The notes beneath the pieces were generated by a model. It had not been told where the DNA came from. It worked only from the letters and a program-made list of their open reading frames with translations, and searched no databases. Both the position numbers and the translations under genes were made by a program. A DNA stretch of 63,305 nt, the filler included, from Platydemus manokwari (taxonomy: Eukaryota): the NCBI GenBank assembly GCA_037951405.1. It is 5 parts of 5 records of this genome, joined end to end, with 100 filler letters (N's around TTAATTAATTAA, not from the genome) between each part and the next. Parts side by side here need not be neighbours in the genome. Positions count along the whole stretch, not along the records: positions 1 to 9,693 come from JBBMOY011216766.1; positions 9,794 to 27,573 come from JBBMOY010799980.1; 3 more parts are not named here. One strand, written 5' to 3'. Of this stretch, positions 1 through 12,800 are shown piece by piece; positions within the stretch are counted from its first letter, which is position 1; each line of letters opens with the position of its first letter.

Positions 1-1320
1 GAATTGTACAAGATTTTCTTTAATAAACACTCAATTGTTCTAAAAAAATTCCGGTTTTTAAGTTATAGACCCAATAAGAACTTTAATAAAAAATTCAAAT
101 TACTTTTAACGAATATAATTAAATTAACTACATAGTTTTCTGAAATTAACTCCACAAATTTAAAATTTTATATTAGGACCTCTTTTTTTATCTTAAGCCG
201 ATTATCATTGCATTTTCAATATAGTAATTTTGAAATTTAAACTGTATTTTTGTGCATTTAAAATCATTTTTTATAGAATGTAGGGAGGAATAGTTGAAAA
301 ACTTTGGCTAAAATCTATAAAAACCTCTATGATATCGTATATTTTGTATTTATTCTTTTACCTTTTTTCGACTAACTTTGTGTGATAGCTAAGTATGCTA
401 CTTTGTGCTTGTAATGAGAAAGGTCAATAATATAAGTAATATATAGCATGCCACTAAATCAAATGCCTTAATAATCTCGAGATGAAGTAAAATTAAAATA
501 TGAAATTCCTTATCATTAAATATCCCTGAGATTTCTTAAATCATTGAAATTTCCACTTGCAAGGTGTGAAACAAAATTGAGTTCAAAATCGGCTTTTGAA
601 TCTCTTTTAAAGTATTTTTAACATACATATACTGAAAATAAGGCACCCTGTAAGATGTCAAATTTAATCTATGTGATTGGACAGCACTTCCTCAACTATC
701 AGCAACCACTTTTATAAGCCAACCAAAACAATAGAAAGCAAATAATCTTGATTGCAGCACTTTAATAACCATGTAGAATAAAAAGAGCCAAAATATACCC
801 AAATACACAAGCAAAGACAGTTTACTATAACATTCAATTGAAAAAATTTTCAATTTTTTTTAGCCCAAGCTTAGCCAGTTTTCGATTGTATAGCAAGTTC
901 TTGTGTTGATTTATCGTTAGTGAAGATTCAAGATTTTAAGTAGAGATTGTTCGATTAAAAATTGCCTTATATCTGTCGTGGGTTATAAATTATCCGGAAG
1001 ATTAAATAACATTATTTTAGATAATAATATTTTTTTAGATAATACCACCTTTTCTTTACATTTTATGGTCAATTTCTTAGCATTACTCTCCAGTATGATA
1101 ATAAATCTTAACACCTATTTTAATCACCAATTAAATGTTGGTTAAAATCATATAGTCTTTTTTTATAGAACTCAATTACTCGTTTGTTATCCAACCCCAT
1201 ATAAGAAAACAATTTTACAACCTGATTTAATCAGATAACAAGGGACAAGGACGTAATAAAAGTCAGTTATCTAGATTGTGAGGATTTATAATGAATTGAA
1301 ATTTTAAAAATTTTAAAGTA

Positions 1321-1842
1321 GATTTTTATAAAATATTAATTTGTTCGCGTAATTGTAATTAAAATATAATTTGGTGTCGATACATTTCAATTCGCTTCCA
1401 AAACGTGTTTTCTGAAATAGTAGCGGCTTACATAGTGACCATTCATTCGGATTCGATTCAGAAAACGTCTATGACATGGAAGTATATAATGAAATGAGAA
1501 AGATATGGAAAAGATGTGTGGAAGATAGCGAAATTGTATAGAAGATATAGAGATGAAAAAGTGAAATTATAAAAAAATATGAAGATGTAAAAATATATTT
1601 AAAAATACATAGTAGATATTATATAAAGAAAATATAAAATAGAGGACAAATTGAAATTTTTATATGTAAATATCTGGAAAAATTGATATAAAGATAATTA
1701 AGAATTCAGGGAAAATGAAAGATTTTAAAGAAAGGAAGATGTGAGATATTTATAAAATACCAATTTACTGTAATTAAAATATAATTTGGTGTCTTGACTT
1801 TTCAGTTCGTTTTCAATACGAGGTTTATAAAATAGAAGCCGT
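1321..1842 (+). repeat. Two diverged direct repeats of about 100 bp (1321..1427 and 1745..1842)
   Basis: Both contain TGTAATTAAAATATAATTTGGTGTC...TTTCA.TTCG.TT.CAA.ACG.G.TTT.T.AAATAG.AGC. Confidence 0.8.
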
Positions 1843-3229
1843 AATTTTTTAGTAATCTGCATGACAACTTCATTGTAGCAATTATTAATTATATTCTTTT
1901 CATCTTGAATTTGACCTATATTTATCATTATAATACAAAATTTTCTGGATAGCGTGGGAAAAACTCAGTTTATTAAACTGATATTTATAAAATAACATTG
2001 GATATTTATTATAATTATCATCTATGAAAGTAATAATGAAAGTAATAAATATCTTAAGACCATCATTATTATTATTATTGTTATTATTAATTTTGGTCTA
2101 TATTATTATTAATATTATTATTATTATTATTAATTTAGATCTATTATTATTTAATTATAGTTTCAATTCTAATTTCATGGACTCCTCAGATGTGCTCACA
2201 AGATTATTGATAAATATGAAATAAAAAGGATTTTAATTGGTAAATAAAAGTGAAAGTTGACTGTACTTTTTGATTAGATTTGTTGAAAATGTCGATTCTG
2301 CGAACTTCCAAGTGTAGATACATAGGGCGTAAACTTTCAATTTCAATTCGTATGAATTTCCAATTAATACCAGAGCATAAATGCTTCGGTTTTGAATGCT
2401 ATCATCTGTCGCTTTATAGTTTTTAATACAATTTTCTAAAACAAGTGGTTTCAACTCTAATAATAAGCCACTTCTTCTGTTGAGATGCACTTATGTACTC
2501 TTCTGGCTGTCATCACCTGTCAATGAATAATCAAAACGATTATAATTCTGTTGGTGGTTATTTTTATTTAATTGATAAATATTTTATTTCGCGTTCCCGC
2601 TGCTGTTCTAATGAATAATTAATTCTCTGATTATTGCTAATCATTTTCCGGAAATTTAAATTGTCATTTCTTTATTTATTTTAATTATTTTGGAATAGAT
2701 TTTGCCAAATCTCAACAAGATAATCTCATTGTTAGTCGCTACTATTTTAATAACCACACATAAAAACAAACTGAAAAGTCAAGACACAATCAATCTATGT
2801 TAAATCCAAATATTTAAACAAATAATTCTAATTTTACATTAATTCAATTTTTTATAAAATTAGAATTACATTTTAGTAAAATTTGAATTAAATTGTTTTG
2901 AATTAAATTGAAATTTAACTCATAATAAATATCTCGCACTTATAACGGCATATTTTGTTAGAATATATTTATTCGTTTTGTATTGGATAATCACATCCAT
3001 GAAAAATAGTGCCATCTTGGGAGCGAAAAGATTTTGGCTTATTAAGAAGATAATTTTTGTGAAATAAATGTGATCACAATCAAGAAAACCGTTTTAAAAA
3101 ATTTCCTAGATTATTTTTTAACTCGAAATAGTTTATTTTAAATACGCTGCATTTTTATTTCCTGACAAAATAATTTTTATTTTATTCTAAAATAATAACA
3201 GGCACTTAAGCAAATTTCTGAAGGAATTA

Positions 3230-3428
3230 CTGTAAAATCCCGAGTATAAGTGCAGCGCGTATTAGCTCCAGACGACATTTTTTGATGGTTTTGAGGAGTG
3301 TGATGTTGAAAAGTGAATTCGATTTGAATTGTTATTTAGCTGTATAATCTGCAAATCATATTAACTGCAATTCAAAAATGTTGCCGTTATGTATGTATAA
3401 GCTGCAGCTTATACTCGGGATTTTACAG
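3230..3428. mobile_element. MITE, pogo/Tc2-type (Tc1/mariner superfamily)
   Basis: Terminal inverted repeats CTGTAAAATCCCGAGTATAAG / CTTATACTCGGGATTTTACAG (21 bp perfect, extending through TGCAGC), flanked by TA on both sides. Confidence 0.9.
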
Positions 3429-3647
3429 TATATGAAATTTGTATGAGGATATGAAATAGTCTGTTCTTATCAAGTTTGTGGCTATTAATTTTAGCTGGTT
3501 TTCTGTTTCTTTGATGAACTGGTCGAGGTGGCTTGGTTAATTCAGTCGTAACCCATGCATATTACTTCGTCGTCCAAACAATATTTCAAAAGGAGAATGC
3601 CGAATTGAAATCTGATATGTTGCATTAATGATAAATTCTATCCGAAG

Positions 3648-4102
3648 TGTTAGGTTATCAACAACAATTTAAATCTGAAAAATATATTAACTAAAATATT
3701 ACACTCAGTCTTAACAACAACAACAGCAAATCTTTTCACAATTCACAAAGTGAATCACTCAAGAAGGGATCAGCTCTCGAAAGTCAAAAACAGAATGAAA
3801 AGTAATCAAAAATACTGATTACTAAAATGACGCATAAGTTAAGCTCTGAAGTTACCTATCAAAACAGACTGGCAGATATCCATGGAACTCAACCTCTTTT
3901 ATATCGAGTGTACCTGCTTGATGTCGGGAATCTTTGTTTTCCATTTTCTGAATTTGTTCGTGAATGGATTTACATGAGATTTTCCTTACATCTCACATGC
4001 CATTGTCGGATATTTGAGTTTGCTGTTAATTGTAGGTATGTGCCTGTCGATTCTTAGCTTTTAAATATTGATGAACATTAGAACAAATCTGATTAGTTAA
4101 CA
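3648..4102 (-). mobile_element. Possible 3' LTR of the adjacent gypsy element (boundaries approximate)
   Basis: TGTTA...TAACA ends, minus-strand TATAAAAG near 3896-3903, located just downstream of the integrase. Confidence 0.35.
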
Positions 4103-4199
4103 GCACGTGTGTTTAACGGGTCTGTGTGTATTGACCATTTTTAGGGTTCTTTCCTTGTTTTGTGTCTCTTTTGATTGATTTGTGATTTACTATTACCAG

Positions 4200-5500
4200 C
4201 TTTGTTACCACCATCTCTTGGAACGTCCTAATCATCCTTTCGACCAAGCTATTGCTTAGTGTTGGTATGGGGAGATAAATTCTTGTTTTATTCCAAAACG
4301 TATGACTAATTCCTTAATTTTCCTTCCCTCGAAGACTCTACTCCAATCAGTGAGCATTGATTTTGGAGCATCATACCTATAGATCCAATTATCGATGATA
4401 GACTTGGATATACTGATCTCTTCTTGTCGAATAAGTATCACTAACCTTACTAACTTACTGAATCTATCTACAATAATCACTAGATATTTGTTTTTAGTCA
4501 TAAATTCACCAAAGCGCACAACGTTACCAACGATCTGTTCTAGTGGATCAAACTCTTCTATTAAAATCATAGTTTCTTTCCTCCTACCCGTGCACACCTT
4601 TCGTTTTGCACAAATATCACAATTCGTGATATAGAAGTAAATCTTTTGAATGTAATCGACCAATTTCTTATTACCGATATGTCACAGCTCCTCGTGAAGG
4701 TATCTCATTAGTTTCTGCGAATAAATCTCTGGCACAACAATTAGCTTCTTTCCTTTCCAATTATACACCACCATATCTTAAAACAATTCATATTTCTCTA
4801 AACTGTTAAAATATTCCCTTTTATTGACCACTAAATTGACTTTTGTTTCCATTTTCTGAAACCATTTTCGAATGGAACCAACGACAATATCTTCTTGTTG
4901 AATCTTTCTTAGTTAGTCATTTTTTACAATTGGATGCTCGACAACATTAATATACCAACTTTTTGAATTGCCTTCTTGGTGCTGAGTTAAGGACTGTGAA
5001 CAAAATGCTTCGCCTATCCTTCAGAGTCCATCTGCATTTCCATAACCTGATCCTTTTCGATATTGAAGTTCGAAATTGAATCCAGATAAGTTTGCAAGCC
5101 ATGTTTGAAGTGCGTGTCACAAATTTCTTTCTCAGTAGATAATGCATAGTGAACTCGTGGATTGCCAAATGCTCTTTTCTCGTACCCAATAACCTTTTTC
5201 ATGACTCTTAAGAGTTCTAGATCCATATGCTACTACTTTCTCTTTTCTCCAGCTACCTTAGAACACCGCCAATTGCTCCGAAACTAGCGTCAGTATCTAA
5301 ATTCTTCTCTCTTATATCTTTGTTTTGATTCAAAAAGGCCAAAATAGGAGATGTGCATAAATGTTCCTTTAGGTTTCCAAAACTTTCCTCATATTCTATA
5401 GTCCAGTTCAATGTCTTGTCACTCTCGGTCATCATCGTATATAACGGAGGCGTAATTAATGGTAGTCTTTGATAAATCTTCTGTAATAATTGTATAGTTC
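4200..5500 (-). mobile_element. Degenerate Ty3/gypsy pol (RNase H, integrase zinc finger and core)
   Basis: LKEHLCTSPILAF...LDTDASFGAIGGVL (RT/RNase H junction); NCDICAKRK, KYLVIIVDRFSK, WIYRYDAPKSMLTD, ISPYQH (integrase); stops and frameshifts. Confidence 0.9.
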
Positions 5501-5509
5501 CAGGTGTAA

Positions 5510-5789
5510 GGGAGAACTCGAAAAACACAGGCTTCTCAACTACGAAAAATACCGACAGATTGCCAGTGAAATCAAAACGGAGACCCGATTCGAAACCTCT
5601 CTAGACGTTCTTTGTAAAGGAGTTCTCGGTTCTTGGGATCCAATAAACAACAAAGTTCTAGCCAACATAGGACTTACTAAGCCGCAAATCACCTTCATTG
5701 CCGACCATTTAATCAGCACACTTCTAAAGGATGTCTACGCCACTTACAAATCTCATAATAACAATCGAAACCTCAAGCTACTATCCTGA
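5510..5789 (+). mobile_element. 3' fragment of an RLE-type non-LTR retrotransposon (NeSL/Utopia/R2-like endonuclease C-terminus)
   Basis: EKYRQIASEI...VLCKGVLGSWDPINNKVLANIGL...YKSH matches the K..KY / GxLGSWDPxN pattern of RLE domains. Confidence 0.65.
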
Positions 5790-6092
5790 TCAAGATCATT
5801 CAACCAGCTAGCAATCAGCAGTTACAACTGATAGTAACTCTATCTTCCAGACAATCGAGCAATTCTCTAAGAATCTCACACTAGCAAACTTACCGGACGC
5901 ATCAAAGGATTAATCAATTTTATAAAAAGATGTGAGGACTTGTACCACCGCATCGTGATGATATTTATGTTTATATTAAATAAATTTTGTCTTTCGATTA
6001 GTGATTGTGCATCTATCAGTTGCTGCTAACCATTTAACCTCCAATGACCTGATTCATCATCAGAAATGTGATGATATTTAACATTCTAATCG

Positions 6093-7033
6093 TTGAAAAT
6101 AAATGTTCCTTTATTAAAAAGTTTTATGATTAACATGGAAATCAACGTCCAGAATTTTATCAAACATCCTGAACAATTGAAATTAAAAAATGATTTGGAA
6201 AAATTCATTGTCAAAATGAGAATATTCTTCGAATTGACAAAAACGTCAACAGAATTTGAAGAAATAGGGTTTTCTCTCAACAGAATTGCTACCAATTTAT
6301 GAGGCCTTCTTTAGGAAGAGGTTTTAAAGACAGGCTTAGAAAAGCTTTCAAGCCTATAATGAACCTTGCTTCAGATCTTGCTGCAGCATTGAGGTACCGG
6401 GAAGGAAAAGAAGAAAATTGCAATCAATTCTTCGAAAAAATCAAGAAACTAATAGACAATTTTTTCCGGCATAAATTAACCAAGCCGTCATTAATGATAT
6501 TTTTGACTCAGCACACATTTGAGGACGTGAAAATAAAAAAGAGATGAAAATGCGGGACATAAAAACAGTGCATCAAGCAAAAGATATCATTCAGAAGATG
6601 GAAAACATCCAAAAAGAAATCGAGGGAGAAGAATCACTTACTGCAATTCATAAGAAAGTGTTATATGCAGGTGTAACAAAGAATTCTAAGCAATGGAATG
6701 CTTCAATTGGAAGAAGACAACTCTCAAGTCGTCAGCATGAAACGAAAAGGCACTCACTAAATGGATTATATTGAAACACGCGGGAAATAACTCGATGATG
6801 CTGGGCTTGAGCTCAACTCGGACATATCAGAGCTAACTGTGGTAGAAATGGCCATTTTCAATATCAATGCAGAGTATCCAACCAAGTCAGTACAAGATAT
6901 TCCAGAGGAAATAATAACAGTGCATCCCCACGACGACACTTCGAGAACTTTCAGAACCGAGACAGACCGGATCCATGATCGAAAGGATCATTTTATTCAA
7001 AATCAAGAGAACAGAGACAATTTAATGCAATAA
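6093..7033 (+). mobile_element. Degenerate retrotransposon gag
   Basis: Chain of frameshifted ORFs (6093, 6299, 6544, 6839) with a decayed CCHC knuckle CWA*AQLGHIRANC at about 6799-6840. Confidence 0.6.
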
Positions 7034-7169
7034 ATTACTATGGTTGAAAGATTTTAAAAGAGAGAGAATGTAAGTTTCTATACCTTCTGCACCAACCGTA
7101 TGACCCAAGAAATTCAATTTTCTGATTCCGAATGCACATTTTTAGGGATTGATTTTCAAACCTGATGCT

Positions 7170-7838
7170 TTAATCAACCTAAATACTTGTCACGTTTCTC
7201 ATTGTGTTCCTCTACTTTTCTTCCATACAATAAAATATCATCCAGACAAACAAGAACGCCTTTGTAAATCAAATCCTTGAATATCGTAGGGTCGAGAATA
7301 AAATACTCTTTCAATTTCTTGCTATTTAGGCCTTGCAGAATAAATAGTCTTGAAATTTCTTCAATAGTGTTTTTCTTGTTACTAATTTTTTTGCCCAAAG
7401 TTCATAACTGTTGTACTTCTCATTTGGTCTTTGTCGCATTGCTGCCAAATCATGAATATGTAATTGCTGCCAAATCTCTTCATACGCAGTTTTGGTGTGT
7501 GAGAAAGTTTCCAAAAACTTTTTCTCAATTTACTCATTTGAAACAGCTTCTTTGAAGCTGCTGAATTCTTACCACAATTGTTTGGCGTCATCTCTCAACA
7601 GCATGTCAAATGCAAATGATAATTCCATTTGATTAAATTTGTCAAAATCCTTGGTTATCTGGAACCATTTTGTAGCATCTTGGATTGATGCATCGAAGAA
7701 TTTTGGTTTCGGAATCAGTAACTTCTGAGTTTTTCGTGGCAGATTTGCAAAAGTTTTCTGCCTTTCTTCTGGTTTAGCTCTCATACGAGCATTTATTTCG
7801 GCGTGGTAGTCAGTAATAACATCATTAGTATCCATCAA
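7170..7838 (-). mobile_element. Internally deleted Ty3/gypsy remnant (gag fused to RT fragment)
   Basis: IPKPKFFD...QDATKWF...LLRDDAKQLW (gag-like) and DLIYKGVLVCLDDILLYG...EEHNE (RT YxDD region). Confidence 0.75.
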
Positions 7839-9627
7839 AATTTATTGTTTTAAAAATCACACACGTTTTTACGAATATTTAAGCAAATCTAATTTTATCT
7901 AACTTGTGTTAATGAATAAATTCTTCCCATTTGTTTTAAAGCAATCGTGCGTAATTAAGGTTCTAACTTTTTTTCCGATGCCAAATATCATTATCATTGC
8001 TATAAAATTTATTGCTTTACTTCACAAGTTTAAGGATTGAATTCCAATTTTTAATGTTTTACTCTTCTTGTTCTTTAATTTCGTTAAATATATTCAATTT
8101 TTATCACTAGTTAACTTGATTTAATTCGATTCTTTATTCTCCTTTTTAATACCAGCATTTTGATAATTTTTGATATTATTAAAATATCATTACTTTGATG
8201 GAATTGTAAGCTACATACGGTTTCATAAATTTCATATAATGCGGCATAATTTTGTAAATTGATAATCTCATGTTCTATATTTTCGTCAATAATTCTTTGT
8301 CCATAATGTACCTCAATATTGATTTTATTTGTTTTTCCAGCAATACATTAGTCATTTAACAAAATTTTCACCACGGTATGATAAAACAATAACTGCTTCA
8401 TTTCTATTTTTCTGAAATCTTTCTTCTAATTCTTTTTACTTTTTTTTGCATCAATGCTCCTTATAGTACTTCATTTCAACTCCTTATTTCATAAAACTTA
8501 TCTCCAACTGGAGTAAATTTAAAACTTTCTTTTTCCACACATTTCCACACCACCTAAAAATACTTTTAAAAGTAGAACTAATAGGCTAACGTCGTTCTAT
8601 TTACGATATTAACAAATTTATTAACTCAATCAAATTTGATACATTTTCATTTGCAGTTTCCACGTTTACGGGTATCCGCCACTATATTCCAACCTGTCCT
8701 CGAAATTTCTTCTTTGGTGAGTTACTGACCGAAGATTGTCGCAATTTCGACTTAAAATCGTCGATAGATTTTATAATTGATGACCTTACAATGTTATTTA
8801 GTGTAGCAATATTCGTTTCTGCAGAATATGTAAACGATTATTTAACCAGTTAGGTCATTAAGTAAGATATTGTTGTTATTGCTTGATTATACTACAATAT
8901 CAATCATAACTAGATACGCAATTTACTGATTTTTTTCTTGATTTCTATTTCAATCTTTTGTCATAATTTGATGTAGGCATATCTATTATTTTATTAATCA
9001 GATATCCTTATATAATGAATAATTATTTGTGGACATTAATTTGTATTCCTCACTAATTCCATTTTTTTAATTTATTGAATTTCAAATCGAATGATTCTAA
9101 AAGAAAGTAGATTACTTTAAAAAAATACAAATACAGTTGCCAATAAAAAATTTCACTTTATATGCACGCAATATTTGTGTCCATTACGTATCTTGTTCAA
9201 TGCATTAAAAAGATCAAAGTTAAATTTAAAAAATTCATATGCTAAGTGAAATTTGCATTCTTATTTTATAGATTAACATTTTGTCTTATTTTGACTTTCT
9301 GGTTATATTTAATACTGAATCAAATTCGTCGTTATCATATATAGCACAAAATTTGATAAATTATAACTTTTGATCTTTTAAAATCAATACAAAAAATTAA
9401 TTATTTTTGAATCTAAAAAATTCTAATAAAAATATTTAAAATTAATAAATATTGTAATATAGACACCTCTAGCATTCGATTCAAAGGTGATAACTAAAAA
9501 TAATGTTCAGCTTTTGGAGCTAAACAAATGTGTTTCTAGTTATGGATTATTTTTCGGTAAGTTGGTACCCGTACCAAAGATTTTCATTCAAGGTTTTAAA
9601 AGTTACTATGATCCGGAAATGCGTGTA

Positions 9628-9630
<3 letters not shown>

Positions 9631-9689
<59 letters not shown>
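9631..9689. repeat. Compound (AT)n(GT)n microsatellite at contig end
   Basis: Directly visible. Confidence 0.97.
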
Positions 9690-9693
9690 CTAC

Positions 9694-9793
9694 NNNNNNN
9701 NNNNNNNNNNNNNNNNNNNNNNNNNNNNNNNNNNNNNTTAATTAATTAANNNNNNNNNNNNNNNNNNNNNNNNNNNNNNNNNNNNNNNNNNNN
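9694..9793. other. Assembly gap linker N44-TTAATTAATTAA-N44
   Basis: Identical 100-nt structure at four places; artificial stop-in-all-frames spacer. Confidence 0.97.

Positions 9794-9862
<69 letters not shown>
9794..9862. repeat. (AAT)n microsatellite
   Basis: Directly visible. Confidence 0.97.
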
Positions 9863-9865
<3 letters not shown>

Positions 9866-12800
9866 TCAAATATGAAAATATTAATTTTCAGTACAACTTT
9901 TAATAAAATTGAATAAAAAACTAATTAAATAATTTTATAATAATAAATGAAAATCATCTTTCATGCATTTTTAGCAAATTTAATTAAAAAATAATTGATG
10001 TGCCAAATCAATAAATTTTCTTGATTGATTTTAAATGATTTAAATCCAATTCAGATAATCTTTTTGATGAAAGCATAAACCGATATATTGATTGCTATTA
10101 TATATCGGTTTTATTTCCAGAATTAATCCAATCAATTATAAATATCACAATTTTAATCAAATGATTATTTAATTATCAATTATTTTGCTTATCGATAATT
10201 GATAATAATTATTATCATCAATGAATTAATTATAATAATATAAATAGTTCAATGGACCAACCATTACATATTCACAACAAGCATATCGATATTATTTATC
10301 GCAAGTTAGAGTAAGCTACAATTCAAGACATAAACCCCGTTTTCGCATGAAAATTCACAATAGTTGAAAATAGCTGATAAAATTGTTGCAAAATGTATTA
10401 ATGAAGACTCTTAAATAAGGTCAACAAATTCAGCATTTTGAAAATGTGTGTAAATAATCAGATGTCACTGAAGTTCATTATGGTTATTTGTTGTTATCAA
10501 ATAATTTAATATTTATTGTTATTATTATTATTATTGTTATTAATATCACTATTGTTATTATATTAATATTATCATCACTTCTTCTCAGGACTTAATATAA
10601 GCTAAATATTTTTATTTACCAAAAGAAATAAAACAATAATTGTGTCAACTCACTTGTTCAAGTAATAACCTCCTTCAAATATAGAAACTGCTGAATCAAG
10701 ATGGGTCATAAACTTATGTGATTCACATAAATCCATTTTGATGATTTGTGACTATCGATTTTCTTATATAATATAACCTCTCTTAAATTTACATTTCAAA
10801 ACCAAACCGTTAACCCCATTATCTAAATAAAATTACATTAAAAATTACTATTTTATTATTTTAAAAATTATAAAACATTTAAAAATTTTAAATAATCATA
10901 CATTGATAAAGTAAAAAATGAAGTGCGACTAAAAATAATATGCGAAAACAGATACTGAGTTATTTAGATTATTTTTAACCTGTTTATAACCACGAAAATT
11001 TATTTAATTAAAAGTTTATATATCTGCAATTAATATAAAAATTGATTTTACTTAGTAACTGTAACAACAACTTAGTGCATTCCATTTGGCAACATATTAA
11101 TTATTTTACTTTTAAAATTATATCAAAAACCTTGCCAAAATTCCCTGATGAATTTTTATTGGATTAAAATACATTATGTTACTCTAAATATAGGAGTTAC
11201 TTAATTAATATTTTTGAATTACTTTACAAATTTAACATATCAAATTCTTAAGTTAAAACCTCTTTTGCAATTACACGTTAATTTAAAACACGATTTAAAA
11301 TGTCATAGAACTTCCTTTAAAGCGCTATTCCTGCATGATCACACACACTTATATACTATGTATTTTTATAAGACGATAGGAAAGGTGTATTATGATTTCA
11401 TTTATTTATTTACTCCGTATTCATATGTGTCCAGAATTAGAATCAAAATTTTAATGATCAAACTAGCAACATAAATTCGTTGTAGAAATTCTTTATAAGA
11501 CAATAGGAACTGATGCATTTTGTTAATTTTTCAGTGTATATAATAATCTCTTTAGGATTACACAGTATACTTAATTTTATTCTATTTATTCTGATTATCA
11601 GAATGTAATAATGTCAGATGAAGTATTTTTAGCAACATACTTTCAAATAATTGTGAAGCTTCTCGAAAACTTCCCGAACAAGACAGAAACAAACTTAAAG
11701 TTAATATAAATTATTTAATTATAATCTCTTATAATTCTTTAAATGAATCAAATGCAATTTAAGATGTCCATGTTTTGAAAAATTGAAAATCGAAAGATCA
11801 ATTGAAAAATTAAGTTAGTTTTGAAGCTTTTTTAAAATTATTTTATGATATTTATTTAAGGTAAATTAAATATAACCTTTATAGAATATCTTTTGTATTT
11901 ATTATTTGAAATTGATGCAAAATGTTCTCTTTCATTTTATTACATTGTTAAATGTTAATATCGTATTACTTTTTCATTTTAATCTATTAACATAATCTTG
12001 AAATTGACTTTAAATATTGACTTTTAAGATATTGTTTATGAGCTAAGTTATTAGAAGTGTTGAAAATTTGAATTTTTTAATTTCCATTCTTTCTAATTTG
12101 CATTTTGATAGAAATGCGTGGTGGTTCTTCCTAATTGTGTCAATTTATCAACGAAGTCGTCGTTCGTATCGATATTGGGATGAATTTGAATTCCGATGTT
12201 TTAAAGGTGCTGCAATGCTTTATTTCTATAGATTTGTGATCGAATTTTTGTTGGCGGTTTGTCTAGAAAAAATGTGTGTAAGATGAATAGCTATAATATA
12301 CTTTACTGTTAGCGTTTTTATCTGCTCACACAAGTTAATGTCGGTCTCAATTTATTTATCTGAAGTTTAATCTATTTATCAAAGAAAATTTCTTTAGCTT
12401 GTTATTTTTTAACCCCTGCTTATTTTATGAATACTTTAAGTGTTAACTTGAATTCATTATGGAATAATTAATCGTGATTAATTTTGTTGGAATTTATTTA
12501 TAATAATAATAATCATTTTCACAATAATATTTTCACACTATTTTTGCCAAGTTAAATATAAATATATTTATTAACATTACTACTAATATTTATTCATAAA
12601 CATTGATAATCGAGATACCAGTTTAGTAAATTTGGTGGATACTTGAGTACCATATTATTGAATTTTAAATACAGGTCATTGAATGATAAGAGTAAGAATT
12701 AAAAATAAATAACGATGAACACTAAAATAAACATAGAAATGATCAATTGTCCTTCTATTCGTTTAGATTGATGATTTCTTTCTTACAATTCTTCAACTCG

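Noticed and set aside
2024-2224. Hydrophobic poly-Leu/Ile ORFs (also 32649..32864, 39032..39232, 48676..48897)
   Set aside because: Translations of ATT repeats or AT-rich low-complexity DNA, not real membrane proteins.
9738-9749. TTAATTAATTAA palindrome repeated four times within N runs
   Set aside because: Artificial scaffolding linker, not biological; ORFs 9487..9741 and 9530..9745 are microsatellite/gap artefacts.
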